A DNA stretch of 64,000 nucleotides, from NCBI GenBank assembly GCA_039810585.1, contig JBDHXF010000003.1, positions 13,127-77,126 of the forward strand. Direction: 5' to 3'. Shown in pieces: positions 10,003 to 19,616 of the stretch (within the stretch, counting starts at the first letter, position 1; each line of letters opens with the position of its first letter). Both the position numbers and the translations under genes were made by a program. The stretch comes from Chlorobiota bacterium (GTDB taxonomy: Bacteria; Bacteroidota; Ignavibacteria; Kapaibacteriales; NICIL-2). The notes under the pieces were generated by a model, which saw only the letters and a list, made by a program, of their open reading frames with translations, was not told the origin of the DNA and searched no databases.

Positions 10003-11022
10003 ATGCCACCACCATTATCTCAAACAGAACAGCATGCCGCACTTCTGCTCTTGAACGATTTTCGAGAACAGTTGCGAAATACTCTTCACACCGTGCTGCC
10101 GGAGTTTACACATCCGCACGAACTGTATCTACCCTTTCACTACGTGATGCATCTCGAAGGGAAGTACATGCGCCCGCTCATCACGATGCTTTGCGCCCAT
10201 CTCAAAGAGGGCACTCTCCATGAATCGCTCTACGCCGGTTTAGCACTCGAGATCATGCATACCTTCACCTTGGTTCATGATGATATCATGGACAAATCGC
10301 CATTACGGAGAGGACAACCAAGTGTGCATCAAAAATGGAATGAGTCGACCGCAATCCTGAGTGGTGATGTGATGATGGGGGTTGCATACGAACTTCTCCT
10401 GCAGCATGTACGAGCTGAGCACGTAGCTCCTGTGCTCAAGATTTTTACCCGCGGATTTATCGATGTGTGCGAAGGACAGGCACTTGATATGTCGTTCGCC
10501 GAACGCGCACAGGTTTCGATGGACGAATACCTCGTGATGATCGAGAAAAAAACAGCAAGGCTCCCTCAAACGGCAGCCCGAATTGGCGCTGTGTTGGCAG
10601 AGTTGGATGAAGCTCAAACAGAAGCGGTGGCTGAGTTTGCCCTGCAGACCGGCATTGCCTTTCAAATACAGGATGATGTGCTGGATCTGCAAGCTGATCA
10701 AGCAGAGCTTGGCAAACGAGTAGGACAAGACGTTCTCGAAGGCAAGCAGACCTACTTGATTGTTCAGTTGCTGCACTGTGTGCCGAAGGATTCAGACGAC
10801 TATTCCTTACTCCAACGATTTTTGGATGAAAAAGGATTGCCGGAATCGATGCTGGACGAACTCCGTCAGCTCATGCAGCGCTATGGTGTGTTTGCTTCGG
10901 CAGAACTCGAAATCTCGAGGCGCTACGACATCGCACTGAGTGCACTGGATGCCCTTCCTGATGGTAAAGCTAAAAACGGTCTTCAACTTCTCACCCACAC
11001 CTTGGGAGAGCGCAGAAAATAA
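10003..11022 (+). CDS. Polyprenyl diphosphate synthase (GGPP/FPP synthase family)
   Basis: FARM motif LVHDDIMD and SARM motif QIQDDVLD. I chose the ATG at 10003 (MPPPLS...) as the start, rather than the track start at 9871, which would overlap fni. Confidence 0.8.
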   Translation: MPPPLSQTEQHAALLLLNDFREQLRNTLHTVLPEFTHPHELYLPFHYVMHLEGKYMRPLITMLCAHLKEGTLHESLYAGLALEIMHTFTLVHDDIMDKSPLRRGQPSVHQKWNESTAILSGDVMMGVAYELLLQHVRAEHVAPVLKIFTRGFIDVCEGQALDMSFAERAQVSMDEYLVMIEKKTARLPQTAARIGAVLAELDEAQTEAVAEFALQTGIAFQIQDDVLDLQADQAELGKRVGQDVLEGKQTYLIVQLLHCVPKDSDDYSLLQRFLDEKGLPESMLDELRQLMQRYGVFASAELEISRRYDIALSALDALPDGKAKNGLQLLTHTLGERRK

Positions 11023-11025
11023 GAA

Positions 11026-11049
11026 TGGCCGCATCGCAGGATGCGGCCA
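11026..11049. terminator. GC-rich hairpin between convergent genes (10-bp perfect stem TGGCCGCATC / GATGCGGCCA, 4-nt loop), no U-tract
   Basis: Seen directly, 4 nt after the polyprenyl synthase stop. Confidence 0.35.
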
Positions 11050-11097
11050 CATAGAATCGTTGAGCTCAGGTAGCTCGCGCTTGTCCAAGCATTGCTG

Positions 11098-11598
11098 CTA
11101 CTTCCGCGGAGTGACTGCTGCACTATCCAAAGGCAACTCATCGAATCGCCATTGACGGAGGCCGCCTTTCATATAGTAGGCCCACTCAAATTTGTTGGCG
11201 GTGAGTATTCCTGATGCCTGCATGGCCTTTTCACCGGTTTCGTCAATGCAGATGATGGTGCGCTGACCATACTTCTTTCGCAATTCCTTAATACTACCTT
11301 CGATAGTTTCCAATGGAACATTGATCGATCCACTTACATGGCTAGCGCTAAAGTCCTCGGGACTGCGCACGTCCATCAGCGTCAATAGCGCGTTTGCACC
11401 GGGATTCTGAATGATCTGCGTTACTTCTTTCGGCTTAAAACCATGGACATGGATGGTGTCCAAACCCCCTTGAGTTTTCGTCTTTGGTTTGTAGTGAGTT
11501 GACTTTGATTGCGATGGCCCTTGTCCAAAAAGACTCAACACCGCCACAAGTGACAGAGCACAGCTCACTCCGATGATGGAAAAAGTGCGCTGCCTCAT
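11098..11598 (-). CDS. Rhodanese-domain protein (exported or membrane-anchored)
   Basis: N-terminal hydrophobic signal/anchor. The rhodanese-like segment reads SPEDFSASHVSGSINVP with a catalytic-loop Cys (TIICIDETGEKA). Its start overlaps the stop of the upstream FKBP gene by 4 nt. Confidence 0.55.
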   Translation of the reverse strand: MRQRTFSIIGVSCALSLVAVLSLFGQGPSQSKSTHYKPKTKTQGGLDTIHVHGFKPKEVTQIIQNPGANALLTLMDVRSPEDFSASHVSGSINVPLETIEGSIKELRKKYGQRTIICIDETGEKAMQASGILTANKFEWAYYMKGGLRQWRFDELPLDSAAVTPRK

Positions 11599-12437
11599 TT
11601 CTTGTCCGGAATAGCGATGTGATCAGGAGGTGTCACTGGTGCGGGAGTAATTCCTAAGAGTTCCACTTCAAAGACAAGCGTAGAACCCGGAGGAATCACG
11701 CCATTGCCTGCACCGTGGTCGCCATAGGCTAGGTCTGACGGGATCGTGAATTCATATCTCGATCCCACTGTCATGAGCTGAACTCCTTCTGTCCATCCTT
11801 TGATCACACGATTAAGTTCAAATTCAATAGGTTCTTTTCGGTCGTAGGAGCTATCGAATTTTGTCCCATCAATCAACGTTCCTATGTAATGTACCTTGAC
11901 TTTATCGGTCGCTACCGGGTGCTCAGTTCCGGTGCCTTGCTCTAGCACGCGATATTGCAAACCACTGGGTGTGACGATCACGCCGGGTTTCTTGGCATTG
12001 TCTTCCATATATTTCTTTCCCTTCTCTTTGTTGTCTGAACATGCAGCAGCGGTTTCCTTGGCATTTGCTGCTTGCTTTTGTGCTTCAAAAGTTTTAAAAA
12101 CGCTCGCCATGCCCGCCTCGTCGATCAACATCTTCTTATTTGAAAATGCATCGTCGAGTGCACGCATGAGCACGTTGGGGTTGATATCCAATTTCTGACG
12201 TTGAATAGTGCTAATAACGTTTACGCCCAAGGCGTAGCTCATACTATCGCGAAAGGTTTTGAGTTCTAAAGGAGGGAGGTCTTCAACTGATGAGAGGTTT
12301 GATGCTGCTTTAGGCGCGGCGGAAGAACTGCTCTTGACACTCTTCGTACTCTTTTTACTGCCGGAACTTTGTGCAAATGCAAAGGAGGTTAACAGACTAC
12401 CTACCAGTGCTATGCGGAAAATGGTTTTCATGTGCAA
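11595..12437 (-). CDS. FKBP-type peptidyl-prolyl cis-trans isomerase (FkpA/Mip-like), periplasmic
   Basis: Signal peptide followed by a C-terminal FKBP domain: GLQYRVLEQGTG...VHYIGTLIDGTKFDSSYDR...GWTEGVQLMTVGSRYEFTIPSDLAYG. Confidence 0.85.
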   Translation of the reverse strand: MHMKTIFRIALVGSLLTSFAFAQSSGSKKSTKSVKSSSSAAPKAASNLSSVEDLPPLELKTFRDSMSYALGVNVISTIQRQKLDINPNVLMRALDDAFSNKKMLIDEAGMASVFKTFEAQKQAANAKETAAACSDNKEKGKKYMEDNAKKPGVIVTPSGLQYRVLEQGTGTEHPVATDKVKVHYIGTLIDGTKFDSSYDRKEPIEFELNRVIKGWTEGVQLMTVGSRYEFTIPSDLAYGDHGAGNGVIPPGSTLVFEVELLGITPAPVTPPDHIAIPDKK

Positions 12438-12757
12438 ATCAAGAAATGAATATCAACAAAGATACACGTTGAGAAGTCAACCGGAAAGATGGGGGACACA
12501 TAGGACTCTTAAACTCTGTTAAGATGGCAGTGCTTGGGCAAGGCACCGTCCATGTCCACAATGCGTCAATTTCGCCAGCCGCGAAGCCGGCTTTGCGCCT
12601 GCAAACGGTATCGAAAGAACAATACTGCAATAGAAACACATGCATGAGCGGGCATCTCCGCAGGCCAGATCAACCTGACTGGCCGAAGGCCGCACGTAGC
12701 GAAAATCTCGTGCGGCGAGCGCTCAAGGTTGGCGGGGGAATCGGTGTCGATGAGATC

Positions 12758-14011
12758 TTAGAGATCTTTCGGTGGAGTGAGTGACGAGAGTTTTTCACGA
12801 ATCGCCTCGTCGCTGGGCTGGCGTATCGACGACATCATATACGGTGAGATATCGCTCATTAAGCCAATCATAGTTTCCTGGTTGATGTACTCTACCACTT
12901 TTTCCACGCTCTTTGTTTGCTCAAACACGCGCAGTTGGCGATCGGCTCCGCTACCCATCTCAAGGATTTGATAGATGTACTGTAGATGTTGGCGCGATCC
13001 GAGTTCGTCCACAACATCGTCCACAAAATCCAAGAGTTCACGAATGAGGTCACGAGCAGGGTACTCTTGCTGACGTCCAAAGTCGATGAGACAACCATCC
13101 AAACCGTAGCGAACAGCTCGCCACTTGTTCTCCATCAGCAGCATGCGCGGGTAGACGCGAAAGCTGAGGTTCTTTTCGTACAGTGAAAAGAGTTTGGCGG
13201 CCAAAGCCTGCACCAGAGCTACAATGGCGATGGTTTCATCCACACGCATCGGCAAATCGCAAATGCGAATTTCAAGGGTCGGGAATTTCGGGTGCGGGCG
13301 GATGTCCCACCAAATCTTCTTCGGGTTATCGATGCAATTGGTACGCATCAGCAAGTCCACGTAGCTCTCATACTCACCCCAGCTGGCGAAGTAATCGGGG
13401 ATATTGGTTCTGGGGAAACGTTCAAAAATCTTAGAACGATAGGACTTCAAGCCAGTGTCCATCCCCATCCAGAAAGGAGAATTGGTGCTGATTGCCAGAA
13501 TGTGCGGTAAGAAGTAACGCATTACATTCATGATTTGAATCTGCGTCTCGCGGTTTTCAATACCCACATGAATGTGCATGCCGAAAATGAGCAGGGAACG
13601 GGCGAGCATCTGCATATCTCTCACCACATTTTGATAATGCTCATCGGGATAAATTTCTTGTTCTTGCCATTTGGCAAAGGGATGGGTAGAAGCGGCGCCA
13701 ATAAGCAGATGGTTGGCCTGCGCCAGATGCGCAATCATCGATCGAATTTTTGTAAGCTCGAAGTGTGCCTCTTTCGTATTGCGGCAAACACCAGTTCCGA
13801 TTTCAAGCATGGAGCCATGCATTTCCGGCTTCACATGCTCGTGTAAAATCAAACGACCTTTTGAGATGAGCTCAAGATTAATGTGCGATTTTAAATCGTA
13901 GGTCGTGGGGTCGAGTACCATGTACTCTTCCTCAATACCAATGGTAAACGAGGGACGCTCGTAAGGATTAGAAGCCTTTAAGGTATTCGAAAATTGATCT
14001 GCGTACTTCAT
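12758..14011 (-). CDS. Carboxylate-amine ligase, glutamate-cysteine ligase family 2 (YbdK-like)
   Basis: 417 aa. The N-terminal FTIGIEEEYMVLD block matches the GCS2 family. Confidence 0.7.
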   Translation of the reverse strand: MKYADQFSNTLKASNPYERPSFTIGIEEEYMVLDPTTYDLKSHINLELISKGRLILHEHVKPEMHGSMLEIGTGVCRNTKEAHFELTKIRSMIAHLAQANHLLIGAASTHPFAKWQEQEIYPDEHYQNVVRDMQMLARSLLIFGMHIHVGIENRETQIQIMNVMRYFLPHILAISTNSPFWMGMDTGLKSYRSKIFERFPRTNIPDYFASWGEYESYVDLLMRTNCIDNPKKIWWDIRPHPKFPTLEIRICDLPMRVDETIAIVALVQALAAKLFSLYEKNLSFRVYPRMLLMENKWRAVRYGLDGCLIDFGRQQEYPARDLIRELLDFVDDVVDELGSRQHLQYIYQILEMGSGADRQLRVFEQTKSVEKVVEYINQETMIGLMSDISPYMMSSIRQPSDEAIREKLSSLTPPKDL

Positions 14012-14383
14012 ATCCGTCCCATCAATCGGTGTGTAAATGCACTACTCCTGGACTTCTTCGCACGTCGAAAGCAATATAGTAAACCCATATCACCTGCATA
14101 CTGACGCATATCGCGTTTTTTTAGGCTAAAAATCGCGATTCTCGAGGCGCTAAAAATATTTTTTCAACGGATGTAACCATCTTTTTGAGCCTCGGTTATT
14201 GATTCCAGAACGCTGAACGAACGCACAGACAGTGAATTCAGGACAGAGAAAGCTCGGGTGAAAGGGTCGGCCGCCTTGCCGAGAGTCAGACAAAAAATAG
14301 CGTCGTTGGTAGTTCTTCCTCATACTCGAATCGGAAAAAGCAGAGATAAATTTTTCATCACACACACATCACTTGGAGGATGT

Positions 14384-15271
14384 ATGAACCGTCTTAAAAG
14401 TCGCCTCTTTATCGGCGCAATGGCAAGTCTCTTCGCAATGGGACTTTTCCTTCAAAGCTGCAGCTCGAACAGCTCTACACCAACCTCGAGCACGGATGCC
14501 GCAGTTCCGCTTGTTAGCGCTAGCTCGACAGATTTGGCTTCGCCAAACTTCACCATCGATCTTTCGAAGTACGATAACGTGACGGCGATGGATCCGAGTC
14601 CGGGCGGCGGACGCGATACCACCATCAAAGGTGGTGGACCGGATACAAATAATACTGGTGACCGCGGTGGAAACGGTGGCCCGGGCGGAAAATCTCCAAA
14701 TGGTTCTGTGCGCTTGCGCCCCCTTCCTTTGCCGTGCTTGGGCTTAGATTCCGCTCAGATGCAGCAGTTGCAACAAATCATGGCAGATGCTGCTACGGCT
14801 GCAAAAGCTGCTCGTGACGCCTATATGCAAGCAATGGCACCAATCAGAACACAGGATAGTATTGCCATGGCAGCCTATCGTGCAGCGACCGCTGATGTGC
14901 GTGCTCAATTGCAAACACTTCAACAAAACTACCGTCAGCAAGCTACCGATATCCTGAAGCAAGTGAAGGATGGTACCATGACCCGTACCGATGCAAAGAC
15001 GGCTCTTGATGCACTTCGCGCTCAATTCGCCGCTGATGCAAAACCTCTGCTCGATCAAATGGCTGCTGCCAATCAAGCTCTGAGAGCCGCACTTTCCGCT
15101 AATGACGCTGCTCGTAAAGCTGCAAATGATGCTTATCAGTCAGCTTTGAAGCAGATTCAAGATGACATGAACGCTAAGATCGGCGCAATCTTGACGCCTG
15201 CTCAATTGGTGATTTGGCAACAATGGTTGGCCGGTGGTAATCCATGCGCAGGTATTCGCCCGCATAAGTAA
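14384..15271 (+). CDS. Lipoprotein with Gly-rich N-terminal region and Spy/CpxP-like LTXXQ-motif helical domain
   Basis: The ATG at 14384 is preceded by GGAGG. The signal peptide ends in a lipobox-like ...LFLQSC. The C-terminal region is Ala/Gln-rich and helical, with LDSAQMQQLQQI and ILTPAQLVIWQQW resembling the two LTXXQ motifs of Spy/CpxP. Confidence 0.45.
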   Translation: MNRLKSRLFIGAMASLFAMGLFLQSCSSNSSTPTSSTDAAVPLVSASSTDLASPNFTIDLSKYDNVTAMDPSPGGGRDTTIKGGGPDTNNTGDRGGNGGPGGKSPNGSVRLRPLPLPCLGLDSAQMQQLQQIMADAATAAKAARDAYMQAMAPIRTQDSIAMAAYRAATADVRAQLQTLQQNYRQQATDILKQVKDGTMTRTDAKTALDALRAQFAADAKPLLDQMAAANQALRAALSANDAARKAANDAYQSALKQIQDDMNAKIGAILTPAQLVIWQQWLAGGNPCAGIRPHK

Positions 15272-15287
15272 TCGTAGTGCTTCTTCG

Positions 15288-15325
15288 TTAAAACGGCTCG
15301 TGCATCTCTGCACGAGCCGTTTTTC
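15288..15325. terminator. Bidirectional intrinsic terminator
   Basis: AAAA, then AACGGCTCGTGCA, loop tctc, then TGCACGAGCCGTT, then TTTT. Perfect 13-bp stem. Confidence 0.6.
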
Positions 15326-15517
15326 GTTAGGGACAAAGCAACTGGAAATTCGGGGTGACTCCTGGTTTACACGACTTCGATATACCCTCCGGTTGACGTT
15401 GAATACTCGCGCCCTTCGGCCGCTCTCTGTATAGGTAATAGGAAGCTCGCTCGTGATGCTCAATGTCGCACAGTTGCGGAAGGGATGAGACGCTCAGTCC
15501 GGGGTGGTGCCGTAGCT

Positions 15518-16858
15518 CTATGAGGAAGCACATGCAGAGTGGAGCGCTCCGCTAAGTTCAGAGCTGATTCGAGCTGCGCAGTGAATCGTAATGCACTCGT
15601 CGTGCTCTGCCCATTCCAAGCGATGGATCGACGCGCGGAAGGAATCGCGTTTGCAGACTTCGGCCACAAGGGCAAAGCCAATGCTTCCGTCGTGAATAAT
15701 GCGTACAAGATCTATGTTGTTTTGATGGCTGACATGACAGTCTTCTGGGAGCAATGCCTTCATTCCGCTCAATCCGTCGTCGGTAACGGTGAAATTGAGT
15801 ACGGAGCCCGATCGTGTTGAGTGTATAACGTGATCATTTTCAACCAAAGCCGGTAGGACAATCGTCCGAATATCCCGATCCGCGTCCAAGGATCTGGCTT
15901 GGACGGTAATCAAATTCAACGCTCGAATCACGATAATTGCACTTTGCCGCGAGGAGCCCGTGCCATCGGCGATGAGAGTGCCCACAGAATCCGGGTGGTG
16001 CAGTCCGCGTATACGAAGCGGGATGCGTGCAGCGCGCAGCGGTTCAATCATGGTGGGGTAGAGCAGCTTCATCCCGGCAGTTGCCATCGTGTATGCACGT
16101 GCATAGCTCAGTGATTCGATCTTTCTCGTGCCGTGAACAACCATGGGATCTGCGCTTCGAATGCCGTCCACGTCGGTATAGACCGTCAGATCCTGAGCGT
16201 GAAGCGAATTGGCCATGATGGCTGCGGTCAAATTCGAGCTCTCCCGTCCCATGGTCGTGGTATAGCCACTGGTCGAGCGAGCCACATAGCCTTGCATTAA
16301 TACCAAACCCGATTTCTCAAGAACAGGAATAAGCAGTTTAGCAACGTTTTGGTAGGTCTCACGGCGCTGAGGCTTGGCGCTGCCATACTCATCGTTCGTC
16401 ACCAGAATCGTTTCTGCGTCGACGGTGGCATGTGCAATGCCGCGTTCGCTGAGGATGGCTGAAAAGAGATGGAGCGCCATGGCCTCGCCGAAGGATAAGA
16501 CCTTGTCGCGAATACGAGGACTGAGTTGTGCAGTGATGTGTATGCCCTTTACGAATTGTCGTAAGCGTAGAGCAAAGTCCGCCATCGCACTCAGAACCAG
16601 CTGCTGTGTTTCCGCCCGGTCGACGCTTAACTCGATCATCTTTTTGTGATCGTCCAGGAGCCGTTCCAATACCAGGTACGCATCCTCTTCGCTTCGCAAA
16701 GCAGTCTGACACGCTTGGTCTAGCAGCCTTGTACTTTGGCCGAAGGCCGAAAGGATAAGAAGTCTCTCGCTACCTTCGCTGTGTTGCAAGATGCGAACGA
16801 CTGCGTCGATATCGCGACGCTCACGAAGGATGGATCCACCGACTTTCAGTACATGCAT
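15518..16858 (-). CDS. lysC: Aspartate kinase
   Basis: I chose the ATG at complement 16856-16858 as the start (MHVLKVGGSIL...), followed by an amino-acid kinase domain and C-terminal ACT-like region. It lies 4 nt after the permease stop. Confidence 0.85.
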   Translation of the reverse strand: MHVLKVGGSILRERRDIDAVVRILQHSEGSERLLILSAFGQSTRLLDQACQTALRSEEDAYLVLERLLDDHKKMIELSVDRAETQQLVLSAMADFALRLRQFVKGIHITAQLSPRIRDKVLSFGEAMALHLFSAILSERGIAHATVDAETILVTNDEYGSAKPQRRETYQNVAKLLIPVLEKSGLVLMQGYVARSTSGYTTTMGRESSNLTAAIMANSLHAQDLTVYTDVDGIRSADPMVVHGTRKIESLSYARAYTMATAGMKLLYPTMIEPLRAARIPLRIRGLHHPDSVGTLIADGTGSSRQSAIIVIRALNLITVQARSLDADRDIRTIVLPALVENDHVIHSTRSGSVLNFTVTDDGLSGMKALLPEDCHVSHQNNIDLVRIIHDGSIGFALVAEVCKRDSFRASIHRLEWAEHDECITIHCAARISSELSGALHSACASS

Positions 16859-16862
16859 ATAC

Positions 16863-18227
16863 TTAGTGATGAGATTGGTCAGACTGCCATTCTTCGGCAG
16901 GTTGGAAAGGAAACCAGTGATTGCGCTTTGCCAAGATGGCGTACGCACCAAGGCCAATTGCCATCATCACCATCGCACCCTCCACCGCTCGTAGATCGCG
17001 CGTGCTGAAGAGCCATAACCAAATCGACAGCGAGGCAATAAGCGGAAGGGGAAAGAGCCACATCCGAAACGGCATTGCGGCGGCACCCACTCTCTGACGA
17101 TATAAAACGAGACCGATACTTTGCCCCACAAACTGCACGAGAATGCGCATGGTTAACACCATCGCAACCACGATGGACAGACTATCGAAACTCACGCTCA
17201 AGACGAGTGATATACCCCCAATAAAGAGCAGAGAAATGTGCGGAAAATCGAGTCGGGGATGTAGTCGTCCGAAGATCTTAAAGAAGTTACCGTCCTTTGC
17301 CGCCGCATACGGAATACGTGAATACCCAAGAATGACAGCAAAGATGGAGGATAGTGCCACGATCAATACGAGTACCGTGACCACAGTTGCCGCAGTGCTG
17401 CCATAGATTTTTTGCACAAACAAGCCGATCACAAACATCTTTGGTTGAATCTCGCTCATGGGAATCACCGAACTGATGCTGTACTGCATTAAGGTGTACA
17501 ATACAGCGATAACAGCCACCGACAAAAACATGCTTCTCGGAATGGATCGCTCCGGATTGCGAATCTCAGAACCAAGGTGACACACGTTGTAGTAGCCCAG
17601 AAAACTGTACACGGTGCTTTGCATCGAATCTCCCAGCTTCGAGAAGCCTTCGGCGTTCCACGTGAAGGCACCGCCAATCGAAGCTTGCTGGAGGTCGATG
17701 GACTGATGTGTCAGGCCGCTCACGATCACGAAGAGCAGAGTACCGACCGAACACACCCAGAGCACCAGGGTGATGGTGGCTACCGTTTCCACTTTTCGAT
17801 ACAGCGCAGCGACGATGAGAATCACGACCACTCCACGAACCAGACGAAGCGTGTCCGGATCCAAGGGCAGGAGTGTCTTGACAGCTTCGGAAAATCCAAT
17901 CGTAGCCGAAGCCACGACAAAGGATGCTTGAAAGACAGTTTGCCAGATAAAGAGGAACGACATCACCCGACCCCATCGGTGCGCCCCGTAACTCTCGCGT
18001 AAGAATACGTACGAACCACCGGCTTCAGGCATTGCTGCACCAAGCTCAGACCAAACGCTGGCGTCCAAGAAAGCAAGAACAGCTCCCGCAACCCAGGCCA
18101 GTATACTGGCCGGTCCGCCCATTATCGACATCACTGTGGCGGTGACAATGAAGGGACCGATGCCGATCATATCGATCATATTTAAGGCCGACGCCTGAAG
18201 GAGCGACAAACTTCTGTGTAAAGCCAT
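16863..18227 (-). CDS. Amino acid permease (APC superfamily), 12-TM
   Basis: Highly hydrophobic ~455-aa protein of APC type. The likely start ATG at complement 18225-18227 overlaps the stop of the upstream CcmB-like gene (TGATG). Confidence 0.75.
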   Translation of the reverse strand: MALHRSLSLLQASALNMIDMIGIGPFIVTATVMSIMGGPASILAWVAGAVLAFLDASVWSELGAAMPEAGGSYVFLRESYGAHRWGRVMSFLFIWQTVFQASFVVASATIGFSEAVKTLLPLDPDTLRLVRGVVVILIVAALYRKVETVATITLVLWVCSVGTLLFVIVSGLTHQSIDLQQASIGGAFTWNAEGFSKLGDSMQSTVYSFLGYYNVCHLGSEIRNPERSIPRSMFLSVAVIAVLYTLMQYSISSVIPMSEIQPKMFVIGLFVQKIYGSTAATVVTVLVLIVALSSIFAVILGYSRIPYAAAKDGNFFKIFGRLHPRLDFPHISLLFIGGISLVLSVSFDSLSIVVAMVLTMRILVQFVGQSIGLVLYRQRVGAAAMPFRMWLFPLPLIASLSIWLWLFSTRDLRAVEGAMVMMAIGLGAYAILAKRNHWFPFQPAEEWQSDQSHH

Positions 18228-18892
18228 CAATCCATCCACAAATAAGGAAACAACCAAAGCGCGACGATGAACAAAACCACGGCATAGCTGAGCATGATAC
18301 CCACCGAGGGCCAGATATACACGTCCGGCGTTCCTACGACAGCCATACTGGTTGCATCTACTCCCAGAAACAACACCGGTAGGATCAACGGGAAGCTCAG
18401 GACCGGGAGTAATGCACCCTTAGCCTGAGCGCGGGCGATCAGAGCAGCACTCATGGTCATTGCTACGGACACCGCGCAGCCACCGCCGAGAAGGACCGCT
18501 AGAAAGAGACCGGGTGAGGCAACAGTCGACAGGTCGAACAACTCCACACTCAGAAAGGCTGCGCTGAGCAGCATGAACACCGATAGTAGCAGGTTGTACA
18601 GGAACTTTCCGAGGAAGACTTTGGTTGGGCTGCTGACTAGTTGCAGGTACAGCGTGGTGCCCCGGTCCTCTTCACTCACAAAACTCTTTGCCATTCCAAC
18701 CGACGAACTAAAGAGCAGGATGATCCACAAAACTCCACTGAAGAGTTCTGAGCCCAGGCGAAGTCCTTTCGTAGCAAACAAGAGCAGAACCACGCTGTTG
18801 ACCAAGAACAACAACAAGGCAAAAAACGACTGGCGTGTACGCCACTCACTGCGAAGATCCTTGTAGAATACGGAGAGACTGTTTTGAACCAC
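18227..18892 (-). CDS. CcmB-like heme-exporter / ABC-2 family permease
   Basis: 221 aa with 6 predicted TM segments. The segment MAKSFVSEEDRGTTLYLQLVSSP resembles the CcmB FxxDxxxGxLE block. No ccmA lies adjacent. GTG start. Confidence 0.5.
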   Translation of the reverse strand: MVQNSLSVFYKDLRSEWRTRQSFFALLLFLVNSVVLLLFATKGLRLGSELFSGVLWIILLFSSSVGMAKSFVSEEDRGTTLYLQLVSSPTKVFLGKFLYNLLLSVFMLLSAAFLSVELFDLSTVASPGLFLAVLLGGGCAVSVAMTMSAALIARAQAKGALLPVLSFPLILPVLFLGVDATSMAVVGTPDVYIWPSVGIMLSYAVVLFIVALWLFPYLWMD

Positions 18893-18913
18893 GACACATA
18901 CTTCCTGAATGGT

Positions 18914-18943
18914 AAAAAAAAAGCGCCTTCATGCTGAAGGCGC
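18914..18943 (-). terminator. Intrinsic terminator for the small Lys/Ala-rich gene (minus strand)
   Basis: Stem GCGCCTTCA, loop tgc, stem TGAAGGCGC. It is preceded on the plus strand by A9, which becomes a U9 tail on the minus-strand transcript. Confidence 0.6.
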
Positions 18944-18968
18944 TTTCCATCAAAGTGATGTTGTTCAC

Positions 18969-19205
18969 TTACTTTGCTGATGCGTCCTTAGCCGGCTTCT
19001 TGGCGCCTTTCATCTTATGAGCGGCTTTCATTCCAGCCTTCGCTGCATCCTTATCAGCGGCCTTGCCTTCTTCCTTCGCCTTTACCATCTTGGCATGCTT
19101 CATAGCTTTTGCAGGCTTAGCAGCATCGGCGGCAGGTGTACCGGCAGCAAATGTAGCAGCAGTCATGAAAGCGACAGCGGCCAATAAGGAAATCAACTTA
19201 CGCAT
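18969..19205 (-). CDS. Small secreted Lys/Ala-rich low-complexity protein (78 aa)
   Basis: Signal peptide MRKLISLLAAVAFMTAATFAAG, followed by AAKPAKAMKHAKMVKAKEEGKAADKDAAKAGMKAAHKMKGAKKPAKDASAK. It has its own terminator. Confidence 0.4.
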   Translation of the reverse strand: MRKLISLLAAVAFMTAATFAAGTPAADAAKPAKAMKHAKMVKAKEEGKAADKDAAKAGMKAAHKMKGAKKPAKDASAK

Positions 19206-19616
19206 TAGGAACTCCAGATATAGTTGGAAAAACAGTCTATCATCGAAAATACTACTTGACTCCAGTCAACTTTTGGTATTTAACGTATTTTTAGAATGTC
19301 GTGGAAAAGTTGTTTCTCGTCTGCATCGTTGAGTGCTACGATACTGTCGCAATGCAAAACAATCAGAGCTGATATTTCCTGTGGGATGGCGAGTACCAAT
19401 GGCACAATCAACAGCGTGTTCTGATTCCGTTCGCTCATCGTTTGGTAGCTTATACTCCTACATCAACAACTACACGTCTTCGTTTGTTCGTACACCATCA
19501 TGTCAGTAATACTCTTGTTCCTAAGCCATCCGAGGGGAGAGGTCTACGGTGATAAGCGTAGTGCCGGCAAACGAACGTCTTCTATACCATTCCTGTGGAA
19601 TACTCATCTCATTCTC

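Noticed and set aside
14258-14383. Upstream start for the LTXXQ lipoprotein
   Set aside because: The extension precedes the signal peptide and the GGAGG RBS. The start at 14384 is favoured.
19280-19438. 52-aa minus-strand ORF (MSERNQNTLLIVPLVLAIPQEISALIVLHCDSIVALNDADEKQLFHDILKIR) in the 410-bp divergent region before the CoA-transferase gene
   Set aside because: No RBS, no homology signal, and below any size where composition is informative. Recorded only as a possibility.
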